The translations under genes were made by a program, and so were the position numbers. A DNA stretch of 64,000 nt from Clostridia bacterium (GTDB taxonomy: Bacteria > Bacillota > Clostridia > Christensenellales > Aristaeellaceae), in contig JAFUFC010000179.1 of NCBI GenBank assembly GCA_017470095.1, positions 3,333 through 67,332 of the forward strand. The letters run 5' to 3'. Of the stretch, positions 1 through 8,909 are shown piece by piece (within the stretch, counting starts at the first letter, position 1; each line of letters opens with the position of its first letter). The notes beneath the pieces were generated by a model. It saw nothing but the letters and a program-made list of their open reading frames with translations. It was not told where the DNA came from and made no database searches.

Positions 1-883
1 AATGGCCGTTGACCACCGCCAGGTTGTTATCATAATTTTCCTGGCTGACGAAGCCGCCGGGGTTCTGGCAGAAGGTGCGCACCTTATCCTTAAAAGGCTT
101 GGGATAGCCCACCAGCTTGCTTTCATACAGCACCCGGTTCACCGTTTCCATAACTTCGTTGCGCACTTCCACCCTGACGCCGATATCCACCGTGCCAGGC
201 TGATGGGCGATGCCATGCTCCTCGCACAGCTTTTCCAGCCAATCGGCGCCCCGGCGGCCGGTGGCCACCACGGTGTGCTCCGCCCGGATATCCTGCTGAG
301 CGCCGTTCTTTTCCACAGCCACGCCCACGCAGGTTTTGCCTTCCAGCAGCAGGTTCACGCAGTTGTACCCAAACAGGATTTCCACGCCGTGTTCCATCAG
401 GTATTTTTCAATATCGCCGTAGAGAATCTGGGCTTTTTCCGTGCCCAGATGGCGGATGGGACAATCCACCAGCTTCAGCCCGGCCCGAATGGCCCGCAGG
501 CGGATTTTCTTGATTTCTTCGCTCTGCCCCAGGCCCTCCACGTGGGTGTCCGCCCCAAAATCCAAATAAATCTGATCGGTGTAATCGATCATCTTTTGGG
601 CGTAATCCTCCCCGATCAGCTCGGGCAATTGCCCGCCCACCTCATAGGACAGGCTCAATTTTCCATCGGAAAACGCGCCCGCCCCGGAAAAGCCGGTTGT
701 GATGTGGCAATAGGGCTTGCAGTTCATGCACTCCCCCGTTTTCACTTTGGGGCAATGGCGTTTTTCAATGGACGCGCCCTTTTCCACGATCATGATGTGC
801 TTTTTGCTGCCCTGGCGCAGCATTTCCAGCGCCGTAAAAATGCCCGCCGGGCCAGCGCCGATGATCAAAATATCTGTTTTCAT
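1..883 (-). CDS. FAD-dependent oxidoreductase (uncharacterized FAD-dependent dehydrogenase family), 5' part only; continues past the window start
   Basis: Absent from the ORF track because it has no stop inside the window. Reading the reverse complement from ATG (883-881) gives MKTDILIIGAGPAGIFTALEMLRQGSKKHIMIVEKG..., with a GxGxxG dinucleotide-binding motif. The frame stays open to nt 1. The listed 2..934 + ORF is its antisense shadow. Confidence 0.75.
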   Translation of the reverse strand, partial: MKTDILIIGAGPAGIFTALEMLRQGSKKHIMIVEKGASIEKRHCPKVKTGECMNCKPYCHITTGFSGAGAFSDGKLSLSYEVGGQLPELIGEDYAQKMIDYTDQIYLDFGADTHVEGLGQSEEIKKIRLRAIRAGLKLVDCPIRHLGTEKAQILYGDIEKYLMEHGVEILFGYNCVNLLLEGKTCVGVAVEKNGAQQDIRAEHTVVATGRRGADWLEKLCEEHGIAHQPGTVDIGVRVEVRNEVMETVNRVLYESKLVGYPKPFKDKVRTFCQNPGGFVSQENYDNNLAVVNGH

Positions 884-1074
884 CTGTTTCACCAATTGTT
901 GTTATTCTGGGCATCCCAGCCCACTGTTTATTAAACGCTATAATTTCATTTTTGTCAACTATTTATCAAGAAAATGTTACAGTTTATTTTCATTTGTTAT
1001 TATTTCCGCCGTTTCTTGACATTTTGGGCCCTTTGCACTATCCTACGGGCAAAGAGATGAAAGGAGAAACCACC

Positions 1075-1446
1075 ATGCAATTCACCTTTTACCATACCAA
1101 CCTGAACATTACCGACCCCCAGAGGAGCCTGGCCTTTTATGAGCAGGCCCTGGGCCTAAAGCCCATCCGGCAAAAAGAAGCCAGCGACGGGAGCTTCAAG
1201 CTGTTTTTCCTCTCCGACGGCGTGACGGATTACCAATTGGAGCTGACTTGGCTCAAGGACCACACCCAGCCCTATGACCTGGGCGAAAACGAAAGCCACG
1301 TGGCCTTCCGCGTGGACGATTTCGACGCCGCCCACGCCAGGCATGAGCAAATGGGCTGCATCTGTTTTGAAAATCACAAAATGGGCCTGTATTTCATAGA
1401 AGATCCAGACGGATACTGGTTTGAAATCCTGCCCGCAAAAGGCTGA
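1075..1446 (+). CDS. VOC/glyoxalase-family protein (lactoylglutathione lyase-like)
   Basis: MQFTFYHTNLNITDPQRSLAFYEQALGL... has a typical glyoxalase-fold N-terminus. A GGAG RBS lies about 8 nt upstream of ATG 1075. The longer 952 start has no RBS. Confidence 0.8.
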   Translation: MQFTFYHTNLNITDPQRSLAFYEQALGLKPIRQKEASDGSFKLFFLSDGVTDYQLELTWLKDHTQPYDLGENESHVAFRVDDFDAAHARHEQMGCICFENHKMGLYFIEDPDGYWFEILPAKG

Positions 1447-1811
1447 ACACGCCCCTGCGGAGAATATGAGGGGTTTGCCCGGACGCTTTCAGCGTGCGCC
1501 ATTGACAGAAACGCTATACCCAAATCTTACGTCGGCACGATATCAACGCTTATCACGATCACCGATTACGGATCAGAGCGTCATTGCATTGGGCTCACGC
1601 TTCTCGCGAAATGAAAAGGACGGTGTGCATCCATCCATATTGGGCTGCCATAAAGACAGCTGGCAGGCAGCCACAGTTTTATGGCCAGTTTATCGCTTAT
1701 TCAATGGCCCCTTTATCCATTCCCAAACGAAGAATATAAGGCCGCGGGCACGATCTTTTGGATCATGCTCGCGGCCATGTTGATTATGGACAAAAATCCG
1801 TTTCCGGCAAA

Positions 1812-3710
1812 TTATTTGCCTTCAGCGGCATTTTCACCGGCGATGCGGCCAAAGACGCAGAAGTCCACGATAGCGTTGCCGCCCAGGCGGTTGGCGCCGT
1901 GGAAGTTGCCGGTGATTTCACCCGCGCAGTACAGGCCCTCGATCACGGAGCCATCCGCACGGAGCGCATGGGTGGACAGGTCGATGTTGACGCCGCCCAT
2001 GGTGTGGTGCGCGGCAGGCTTTCTGGGATAAGCGTACCACGGGCCGGTCTTGAGTTCCTTGGTCCAGGTCACGCGGCCATAATCATCCGTCTTTTCACCG
2101 CGCACGCAGGCGTTCATATCATCCACGGTAGCCTGGAGAACAGCGGGGTCCATCCCCAGGATTTCCGCCAGGCCTTCCAGGGTATCGGCCTGCACGTAGC
2201 CGGCCAGGTGATTATCCAGGTAATAGCTAACGGTCTTGTCGCCCAGAGTTTTGCCGGTGGCGGGGTCGGGCACAGCGTCAGCGCTGAACAGCTGATACAT
2301 CAGGCCGTCGGGCTGGGCAATGATCGCCAGGGACATTTCGTCGCGGCGGCCATCCTCGCGGACAAAGCGTTCGCCGTTCTTGTTGATGTAGCAGCTGGCG
2401 CTGTAGGTCAGGGTGATATCAGAGGTCGCGCCGGTCCAGGGATTGGCATAGGGCAGCAACTGGATCTGATCCATGTTGATGAGTTCGGCGCCGACTTCCT
2501 GGGCCATGCGCAGGCCATCGCCCGTTACGCCGGGCATATTGGTCGTGATGACTTTGGCGGACAGATCCGGCCATTTATCGCTCACGCAATACTCCATGCG
2601 CATTTCCACATTGCCCGCAAAGCCGCCCGTCGCCAGGATGACGCCCTTGTTGGCGTGCAGGGTGACTTTGTTGCCTTCCTTGCCCACCGCGTTCACGCCG
2701 GTGACCCGGCCGGTTTCATCGGTGATCAGGGATTCGGCGGTGGTGTTCATCAGGGGCGTCCACAGATCGGTCTTGTCAGCAAGCCGGGTCTGGAAGGCCT
2801 TGAAATAGCCGGTGCCGTTGGGCATCACGGCCGTATGGGTGCGCATATACAGGGAGCCGCTGGCGGAGTTGATCACGGGCGCGAATTCCATGCCCATGCT
2901 TTCCAGCCATTTCAGGGTCGGATAGGCGTTCTGCGCATAGAAAATGACGTGATCCAGATCGGCCACCTTGTCGCCGCCGTTCCAGGTCTGCAGCGCCATC
3001 CACTCCGCGCTGTCGAACACATGCTTATCGGTCTGCTTGTAAGCTTCAAACTGTTCCCGCACGGTGGCCTGAAGCTCCGCATGCAGTTCGCTGACAGGTT
3101 CCTCCGCCAGAGCCTCCTCGATCAGAGAATCCAGGCTGGAGGTAATGTCCGCGTAATCCTGAAGATCCGGGTCCGGACAGTTGAAAATACCGCCGGACAC
3201 GATCGAATTGCCGCCGAAGAAGCCGGTCTTTTCGATCAGGATCACGCTGGCGCCCGCTTCCGTGGCGGAAATGGAGGCCGCCAGGCCGGCGCCGCCGCCG
3301 CCCACGATGATGACGTCCGCTGTCAGATCCTGGTCCTCAGCAGGAGCTTTTTCGATCTTCGCGGCAAAGTCTTCGTCCGTGGCGCCGGCCAGCTTCAGCG
3401 CTTCGCGCACGCCCCGGATGATGGCGCGGCTGGAGAAAGTGGCGCCCGTCACGGTATCCACTTCGGTCGTCTGGTTTGCAACGATCGCGGCGGGAATCTC
3501 CTTCAGCGGCCAATCGATGAGACCGGGCGTTTCAACGTTGGCGGTGACCTGCACGTCAGTGATCGAATCTTCGTCTACGGTGACTTGCACGGTCATTGGG
3601 CCATGCATGGCGGCGACCGTCGCCTCGTAGGTTCCGGACGTCAAGGCAAAAGCGCTCGATACAGCCGTAACGAGCAGGCACGCCAAGACAAGAGCAACAA
3701 GCTTCTTCAT
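1812..3710 (-). CDS. Extracytoplasmic flavoprotein reductase: signal/anchor peptide + FMN-binding domain + FAD-dependent fumarate/urocanate-reductase-like (flavocytochrome c family) domain
   Basis: The hydrophobic N-terminus is MKKLVALVLACLLVTAVSSAFA. The FMN_bind-type motif is DTVTGATFSS. The FAD Rossmann motif is VIIVGGGGAGLAA. C-terminal motifs are HHTMGGVNID and AGEITGNFHGANRLGGNA. GGAGGG is adjacent to the first ATG, so I take the second ATG (3710) as the start. Confidence 0.85.
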   Translation of the reverse strand: MKKLVALVLACLLVTAVSSAFALTSGTYEATVAAMHGPMTVQVTVDEDSITDVQVTANVETPGLIDWPLKEIPAAIVANQTTEVDTVTGATFSSRAIIRGVREALKLAGATDEDFAAKIEKAPAEDQDLTADVIIVGGGGAGLAASISATEAGASVILIEKTGFFGGNSIVSGGIFNCPDPDLQDYADITSSLDSLIEEALAEEPVSELHAELQATVREQFEAYKQTDKHVFDSAEWMALQTWNGGDKVADLDHVIFYAQNAYPTLKWLESMGMEFAPVINSASGSLYMRTHTAVMPNGTGYFKAFQTRLADKTDLWTPLMNTTAESLITDETGRVTGVNAVGKEGNKVTLHANKGVILATGGFAGNVEMRMEYCVSDKWPDLSAKVITTNMPGVTGDGLRMAQEVGAELINMDQIQLLPYANPWTGATSDITLTYSASCYINKNGERFVREDGRRDEMSLAIIAQPDGLMYQLFSADAVPDPATGKTLGDKTVSYYLDNHLAGYVQADTLEGLAEILGMDPAVLQATVDDMNACVRGEKTDDYGRVTWTKELKTGPWYAYPRKPAAHHTMGGVNIDLSTHALRADGSVIEGLYCAGEITGNFHGANRLGGNAIVDFCVFGRIAGENAAEGK

Positions 3711-3828
3711 GGGCATCCCTCCGTAATTCTATTTGCACATCTGTGCATATATTCATTATAGCATGCAAAAAACGGAAAGACAATATAGATCAGGAGAAGA
3801 ATTGTTTCAAATTCATAAAGGAATTGCT

Positions 3829-5367
3829 TCAATTCTCTTCGTTTGGAATGGGCGCATTTTGCCAGGTTTCCCCTTCGAGCAATTCCACCGGTCCGCTTTC
3901 GCACAGGTATGTTTGGCCACCCAGGCGCACCCGCAATTGGACGGTATACATCCCCGCCTGACATGGGCTTCCGTCGCTCCTGCGGCCATCCCAGTAAAAG
4001 CTGCTGGCGTTGGGCGACAGCTGCTGGGGCCGGGACGGGGCTTCGTAAGCCAAACGGCGCACCAGATTCCCATCGGCGTCCAGGATATTGACGGTAATGC
4101 CGCAGGGCACGTCGTGCTGGGCCAGAATGCACAGTTCCTGCCCCAGCCCGGGCAAAAAGGCGGGGTCGGGGGCCACTTGCAGCGCCAGCGGCCCCGCTGC
4201 GGGCTGCACGCACAAAAGCCGCGCTCCCTGGAGCACCGGCTGGCCCTCCTCAAAGGTGATCAGCTGAATGATGGCGTATCCATAGGCGTCCGCTTTGCCG
4301 GTGTTCACATCCAGCGTGCGTGCCTTGCGTCCCGGCAGCACGGTGCCGTCTGGCTGCTCCCCATCCAGGAATTGCTGGGCCTGGGCAAACTGCCAGGCGC
4401 CGTTTTCATGATAAATGATCTGGTAATACAGTTCCACCGGCCGGCGCACCGTAAAGGAGAAAGAAACGCTGCTTTCCCCGGCGGTGAGCAGGGTATCTTC
4501 AAAGGTAATATCCGTAATCGCCTTCTGCGTGGTGGTTTCTTCTGCCGCGTCATAGGCGTACAGCACAAAACGGCCGTCATTTTGCGGATACACTTGGGGC
4601 GTGGAGGCAGCGTAGTTTTCCGTCAAATAAGCATAGGTTTCCTCCAAGGTGATCTGCCCGTCGTCATTCACGTCGGCAGCATAATCCCCCGTGCCGCCCA
4701 GGCCGTTAAACAACACTGTGGCAAAATAGCTGGCCCCGGTGGAAGATGCGTCCTGGGCCCCCTGGAAATACCAGCTGGCTTCGCTGCCCCCGGCGCTGCA
4801 CAGCACCTTATACCGGGGCCCGGAAAAAAACACCCGGTCCGCCCCGCCAGACAGCCCTTTGCCGATAAACGCCCCAGAATTGCAGGCGTCCAGGATCAAG
4901 ATTTTCCGGCCGGGAATGATGTCCAGAATATCCTCCAAAAGCGGCGCATAAAGCAGTTCCTCCCTTGTCCCATCGGACAAAAGCAGCGCCGCCCCGGCAT
5001 TGCTGCCCGCCTGGTCAAACACCCCGTGGGTGCTGATGTAAATCAGGGAAGTATCTTCCTCCTGGGCATCCCCAAAAGCTTCCGTCACCGCGGCGTGCAG
5101 CTCCTCCGCCGAAGCGATGGTGTCTGCGCAGGAGCGGATCAGGGCGTAGCGGCGGCTGTCCTTGAGCAGTACATTGCTGAGGATCTCCAGGTTGTGGCTG
5201 GCAGCGGGGTAGGTGTCCGGCTGGGTGAGGAAATGATCGCATCCGATCAGCAGCGCCCGCAGGGTGCTGTGGTTCTCCGGCCCGCTCCTTTCTTCCTCCA
5301 CCCTGCCCGGAAAAGGCAGCAGCAAGCCCAGCAGCACTGCCAGAAAATATGCCGTGATCCTACGCAT
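3829..5367 (-). CDS. Secreted caspase-family (peptidase C14-like) protein with a C-terminal FlgD-Ig-like domain
   Basis: N-terminal signal-like segment is MRRITAYFLAVLLGLLLPF. The His/Cys dyad context is LIYISTHG ... ILILDACNSGAF. There is an EF-hand-like DVNDDGQITLEETYAYL. The C-terminal FYWDGRRSDGSPCQAGMYTVQL resembles FlgD Ig-like folds. Confidence 0.7.
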   Translation of the reverse strand: MRRITAYFLAVLLGLLLPFPGRVEEERSGPENHSTLRALLIGCDHFLTQPDTYPAASHNLEILSNVLLKDSRRYALIRSCADTIASAEELHAAVTEAFGDAQEEDTSLIYISTHGVFDQAGSNAGAALLLSDGTREELLYAPLLEDILDIIPGRKILILDACNSGAFIGKGLSGGADRVFFSGPRYKVLCSAGGSEASWYFQGAQDASSTGASYFATVLFNGLGGTGDYAADVNDDGQITLEETYAYLTENYAASTPQVYPQNDGRFVLYAYDAAEETTTQKAITDITFEDTLLTAGESSVSFSFTVRRPVELYYQIIYHENGAWQFAQAQQFLDGEQPDGTVLPGRKARTLDVNTGKADAYGYAIIQLITFEEGQPVLQGARLLCVQPAAGPLALQVAPDPAFLPGLGQELCILAQHDVPCGITVNILDADGNLVRRLAYEAPSRPQQLSPNASSFYWDGRRSDGSPCQAGMYTVQLRVRLGGQTYLCESGPVELLEGETWQNAPIPNEEN

Positions 5368-5434
5368 GCCCTTTCCCCCTTTTTCACTGGATGATATCTT
5401 GTATTATACTATATCCACGCCCCAAAATCCACCG

Positions 5435-5464
5435 TACAAAAAATCCTCCATCGACGATGGAGGA
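5435..5464 (-). terminator. Second rho-independent terminator downstream of the CDF gene
   Basis: Palindrome tcctccatcgacgatggagga (5444-5464), followed on the minus strand by TTTTTTGT. Confidence 0.6.
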
Positions 5465-5571
5465 AGAATTTACAATTCTTTCAGGATGCCGAAAATGCTC
5501 ATTTTACGGCCAGGAATTGATAGCGGAAGCATCTTTCAGATGCTCCTCGCCGCCGCACATGTCGCCGGCTG

Positions 5572-5606
5572 CGGAATAAAATCGAAGGGGCTTTGGCCCC
5601 TTCGAT
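5572..5606 (-). terminator. Rho-independent terminator of the CDF gene
   Basis: An 11-bp stem atcgaaggggc/gccccttcgat (5581-5606), followed on the minus strand by TTTATT. Confidence 0.65.
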
Positions 5607-5666
5607 GCATCCCTGGTTTTTTTGACATTCTGAATTTTTTGATTTCCAGTACGGATTCCATTGGTA

Positions 5667-6821
5667 TTATGTCTCGCTGAAATCCGTATCCATGGCCACC
5701 TGGAATTGATAATCGGGATACAGCCGCTGTACATCCCGAAGCACAGCCTTGTATACTTCCCGCCGGTCCGGCGCGTCAAAAGAGATAACCAGATCAAAGC
5801 GGATGGTTTTCTTTTCCTCATTCACATAAAAGCCGTGCATTTGCAGCACATACTCGTGGGCGAAAGCAGCGCCGTGAATGGCATCACGCATGGCGATCAA
5901 GCGCGCATCATGCGTATTGACGGAATAAACGCCCACAGCGGTCAAAATCACCCGGTGCTTTTCATACACCGCCACGGTGATTTCCCGGATCAATTCATCC
6001 AGTTCGTCGGCGGAGCAGGTGTCCGGCACCTCAATGTGCACCGAGCCGTTGAAAGCGTCGGGGCCGTAATTATTCAGCACCAGATCATATGCGCCGGACA
6101 CGCCGGGAAAGGAAGCGACGGTCTGCTTAATGGCCCGGGCCAATTGGATATCCGCCCGCTCGCCCAGAATTTTGGACAGCGTATCTCGCATCATTTCCAC
6201 GCCAGATTTGATGATCACCAGGGAAATCGCCGCACCCAGCCACGCTTCCAGGGACACGCCCCAAATCAGGTAAATCCCGGCGGCAACCAGCGTGGCGGCG
6301 GAGATGGCGGCATCCAAAGTGGCATCCTCGCCGGAATTGACGAGGGAATCGGAATGAACCCGCTCGCCCACGCCCTTCACATACCAGCCCAGCACAATTT
6401 TGACCACCACTGCGGCGGCCATAATGATCAGCGCAGCGGCGGAATAATCCGGCGTTTCCGGCGCTATGATCTTCTTCACCGATTCGGTAAAGGAAGTGAT
6501 GCCCGCGTACAACACGATCACCGAAATGATCATGGCCGTCAGGTATTCAATTCTGCCGTAGCCAAATGGATGCTTCTTATCTGGCTCTTTTGCGGCCAGT
6601 TTGGTGCCAATGATGGTGATCACCGACGAGGCGGCGTCGGACAGGTTATTCACCGCGTCCAGCACCACGGCAATAGAATGGCTCAGCAGCCCCACGCCGG
6701 CTTTGAACCCTGCCAAAAACACATTGGCCAGGATGCCGATCACACTGGTGCGCACGATCGTTTTTCCCCGGCTCGTCGCCTGTTCTTCATCCTGAAGCGG
6801 CGCTTGGTTTAACAAAGGCAT
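5667..6821 (-). CDS. Cation diffusion facilitator (CDF) family metal efflux transporter
   Basis: The TM-rich N-terminal half carries SHSIAVVLDAVNNLSDA and HPFGYGRIEYL motifs typical of CDF proteins. The C-terminal half is a cytoplasmic domain. GGAG lies 9 nt upstream. Confidence 0.9.
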   Translation of the reverse strand: MPLLNQAPLQDEEQATSRGKTIVRTSVIGILANVFLAGFKAGVGLLSHSIAVVLDAVNNLSDAASSVITIIGTKLAAKEPDKKHPFGYGRIEYLTAMIISVIVLYAGITSFTESVKKIIAPETPDYSAAALIIMAAAVVVKIVLGWYVKGVGERVHSDSLVNSGEDATLDAAISAATLVAAGIYLIWGVSLEAWLGAAISLVIIKSGVEMMRDTLSKILGERADIQLARAIKQTVASFPGVSGAYDLVLNNYGPDAFNGSVHIEVPDTCSADELDELIREITVAVYEKHRVILTAVGVYSVNTHDARLIAMRDAIHGAAFAHEYVLQMHGFYVNEEKKTIRFDLVISFDAPDRREVYKAVLRDVQRLYPDYQFQVAMDTDFSET

Positions 6822-6885
6822 TCGCTCATCTCCAAAGGAAAATATTGTATTTCCATTATAAATCCTTGCGCTGCCGCTGTCAATG

Positions 6886-6918
6886 AAAAACCGCCTGACG
6901 CAAATCAGACGGTTTTTT
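6886..6918 (-). terminator. Bidirectional-looking hairpin terminator after the HPr-NTase gene
   Basis: aaaaaccgcctgacgcaaatcagacggtttttt: a 10-bp stem (1 mismatch) flanked by an A-run and a T-run. Confidence 0.6.
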
Positions 6919-6936
6919 ATGCAGGATTGCCATCCA

Positions 6937-7962
6937 TTACCGGTTCAATTCTTCCAGCGCGTCATAGCAGAAATTTTCCGCCAATCCGGCGTCATAGCTC
7001 ATATCCCGGCCGGATTGATAAGCGTTCAGGGCGGCCTGGATCACCCGCTGATGCTCCTGATCCAAGTGCTGCAGCGCCCATTCGCCGCCCTCCCGTTTGC
7101 TTAGCACCAAGTTCTCCCGATAATAAGCCAAGGCCCGGCAGAGATTGAGCACGTAATAACAGGGATGGGCCTGAAAATGCTCTCCCGCATCATTGGCGTC
7201 ATACCGGATGGCGGAAAGAGCGTCCTCCCGGCGCACCGGATCGAACACCCGGGAAATGCTGGGGCCCCACAGGACCCTGCCAAAGGCGTGCAGGCATAGG
7301 ATATGGGCCGTCAGATCCGGGTCCTCCCCGTGCATTCTTTCGCAAAAGCCCCGGGCGTCCCGCTCATAATCGGCGCGGTAGCGCTTGGAAGCGTGCAGAT
7401 CAAATGGAATGGGATACCGGAGATTGCGGCAGTCCTTTTCCAGCACCACGCTCATTTCAAACCCAGCAAGCGGCGCTTCCTCCTGAAGGGCATAGAGCGT
7501 TTCCACCAGAGCAATTTTTTTCTCCACCGCCGGGCTTTCACGCACCACCACCAAAAAATCGATATCGCTGCGGTCCCACCGGAAGCAGCCGGCAGCCAGA
7601 GACCCGTGGAGATAGATGCCCACCAGGTTCTCCCCCAGAATATCCTGATACCGCTGTTTCACCCGCTGCATAAGCCGCTCGGCGTCAGCAGCGCTTTTAG
7701 GAGCGATCACGCCGCTTTCCAGCAGCTTTTTGACCGCCCGGAGCGCTTCCTCCTCATCAACGCCATCGAAAGTGATGTTCACAGGCTGATTGCCCGTCAC
7801 TCCCAGGGACAACAGACCCAGCATGCTTTTCCCGTTGATCACTCGGTTTTGATGCTCCAGCAGGATCTGGCTTTCAAATTCCCCCGCCACCCGGGCCAGA
7901 TGCTCGATCTGCAATCGGTTCATAGGCGTCACATGGTGCAAATCCATGGTCAGTTTGATCAT
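6937..7962 (-). CDS. Fusion protein: Crh-like HPr domain + AadA/ANT-type nucleotidyltransferase (NTase fold + C-terminal helical domain)
   Basis: Residues 1 to about 85 align to HPr/Crh (NGKSMLGLLSLGV matches the Ser46 region; the His15 position reads MNR instead of HAR). The rest carries GIYLHGSLAAGCFRWDRSDIDFLVVV (the G-S ... DxD NTase motif) and an AadA-like C-terminal domain. The start ATG overlaps the whiA stop (ATGA). Confidence 0.8.
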   Translation of the reverse strand: MIKLTMDLHHVTPMNRLQIEHLARVAGEFESQILLEHQNRVINGKSMLGLLSLGVTGNQPVNITFDGVDEEEALRAVKKLLESGVIAPKSAADAERLMQRVKQRYQDILGENLVGIYLHGSLAAGCFRWDRSDIDFLVVVRESPAVEKKIALVETLYALQEEAPLAGFEMSVVLEKDCRNLRYPIPFDLHASKRYRADYERDARGFCERMHGEDPDLTAHILCLHAFGRVLWGPSISRVFDPVRREDALSAIRYDANDAGEHFQAHPCYYVLNLCRALAYYRENLVLSKREGGEWALQHLDQEHQRVIQAALNAYQSGRDMSYDAGLAENFCYDALEELNR

Positions 7963-8909
7963 TGATCCTCATCCTTATTTTCATTTGTATCGATCAGGGC
8001 CATCAACCTTCGCATCCGATGATTGGCCCCGGATTTTCCAATGGGCACGGCCAGCATCTGCCCCAGCTCCTCCAGGGATGCTTCCGGATGCAGCATCCGG
8101 ATCCGGCCGATCTCCTGCAAATCCTTGGGCAAGGCGGACAAGCTATGCGCCAGGGAATAGGCAATAATGGCCCGGGCCTGCCTGTCCCCGGCGGATAATT
8201 GTTTTTTTAAGTTGGCTTCGTCGCAGTTCCGAGCCCGGTTGGCCTGGTTGCGGCCATCCCGGCGGATGCGAATATTTTCCATTTCCAGCAGGGCCTTATG
8301 CGCGCCCATCAGCGCCAGGCAAGCAACCACGTCGTCTCCCTTTTTCAGGTATACGATTTCATCCTCCCGGCGTTTGACGGTGTGGCCCTCAATACCGCTT
8401 TTTTCCAGAATTTTCACCAAGGTATCGGCCCGGCTTTCGGAGGATGTGAATTCCAGATGGTAGCCCTTGTCCGGCTCCGTCATGGCCCCAGCGCCCAGAA
8501 AGGCTGCCCGCAGGAAGGAGGCGCGGCAGCACCGCCGGGTCATGGCCGCCCGGGGCACGCCCTTGTACACCATGCCTGCATCCGATTCCTGGATCATACG
8601 CAGAGCAATGAGCAGGCGGCGGCTATCTCCCTCCGGCACGGTCAGCACCGCCAGACGGCGGCCCCCCAAGCGCTTATGCCGGTTAAATTCCAGGGTTGGG
8701 GTGATTTCCATGCGCCGTTTGAGCAAGAGAAAAATCCGCTTAGCGACGGCGGCGTTTTCCGTTTCATACACCACCCGCACCCGCCCGCCTCCGCTCAGGC
8801 GCAGGGACGCGCAGGTCTGGGTCAATGCGCTCAATTCGCTCAGCTGGCAGCAGTGCTTTTCCGGCTTGATGCGCAGCAATTCTTCCTTCACCTGGGATGA
8901 GAAGCTCAT
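7959..8909 (-). CDS. whiA: DNA-binding regulator WhiA
   Basis: MSFSSQVKEELLRIKPEKHCCQLSELSAL... is the canonical WhiA N-terminus, with a C-terminal HTH (GKSGANHRMRRL). There is a 4-nt overlap with murB upstream. Confidence 0.9.
   Translation of the reverse strand: MSFSSQVKEELLRIKPEKHCCQLSELSALTQTCASLRLSGGGRVRVVYETENAAVAKRIFLLLKRRMEITPTLEFNRHKRLGGRRLAVLTVPEGDSRRLLIALRMIQESDAGMVYKGVPRAAMTRRCCRASFLRAAFLGAGAMTEPDKGYHLEFTSSESRADTLVKILEKSGIEGHTVKRREDEIVYLKKGDDVVACLALMGAHKALLEMENIRIRRDGRNQANRARNCDEANLKKQLSAGDRQARAIIAYSLAHSLSALPKDLQEIGRIRMLHPEASLEELGQMLAVPIGKSGANHRMRRLMALIDTNENKDEDQ

Noticed and set aside
1447-1811. A 365-nt spacer between the convergent VOC and flavoprotein genes, examined for a hidden gene, pseudogene or RNA.
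   Set aside because: Both strands contain only short interrupted reading frames with no recognisable motif, and I could identify no conserved RNA motif or clear repeat. It remains unexplained, with nothing specific to report.
1758-3761. A 667-aa plus-strand ORF. The same class includes 3733..5394 +, 13006..14985 -, 17278..18810 -, 19225..20307 -, 35730..37094 -, 39471..41276 +, 48496..50034 -, 52986..54764 +, 57637..58401 + and 58587..59660 +.
   Set aside because: These are antisense shadow ORFs of well-recognised genes on the opposite strand (flavoprotein, caspase-like protein, thrS, acyl-CoA ligase, ilvE, floA, prfC, DUF58, M42 and others). Their translations are Gly/His/Arg/Ala-rich low-complexity sequences with no recognisable motifs, as expected in GC-rich DNA.
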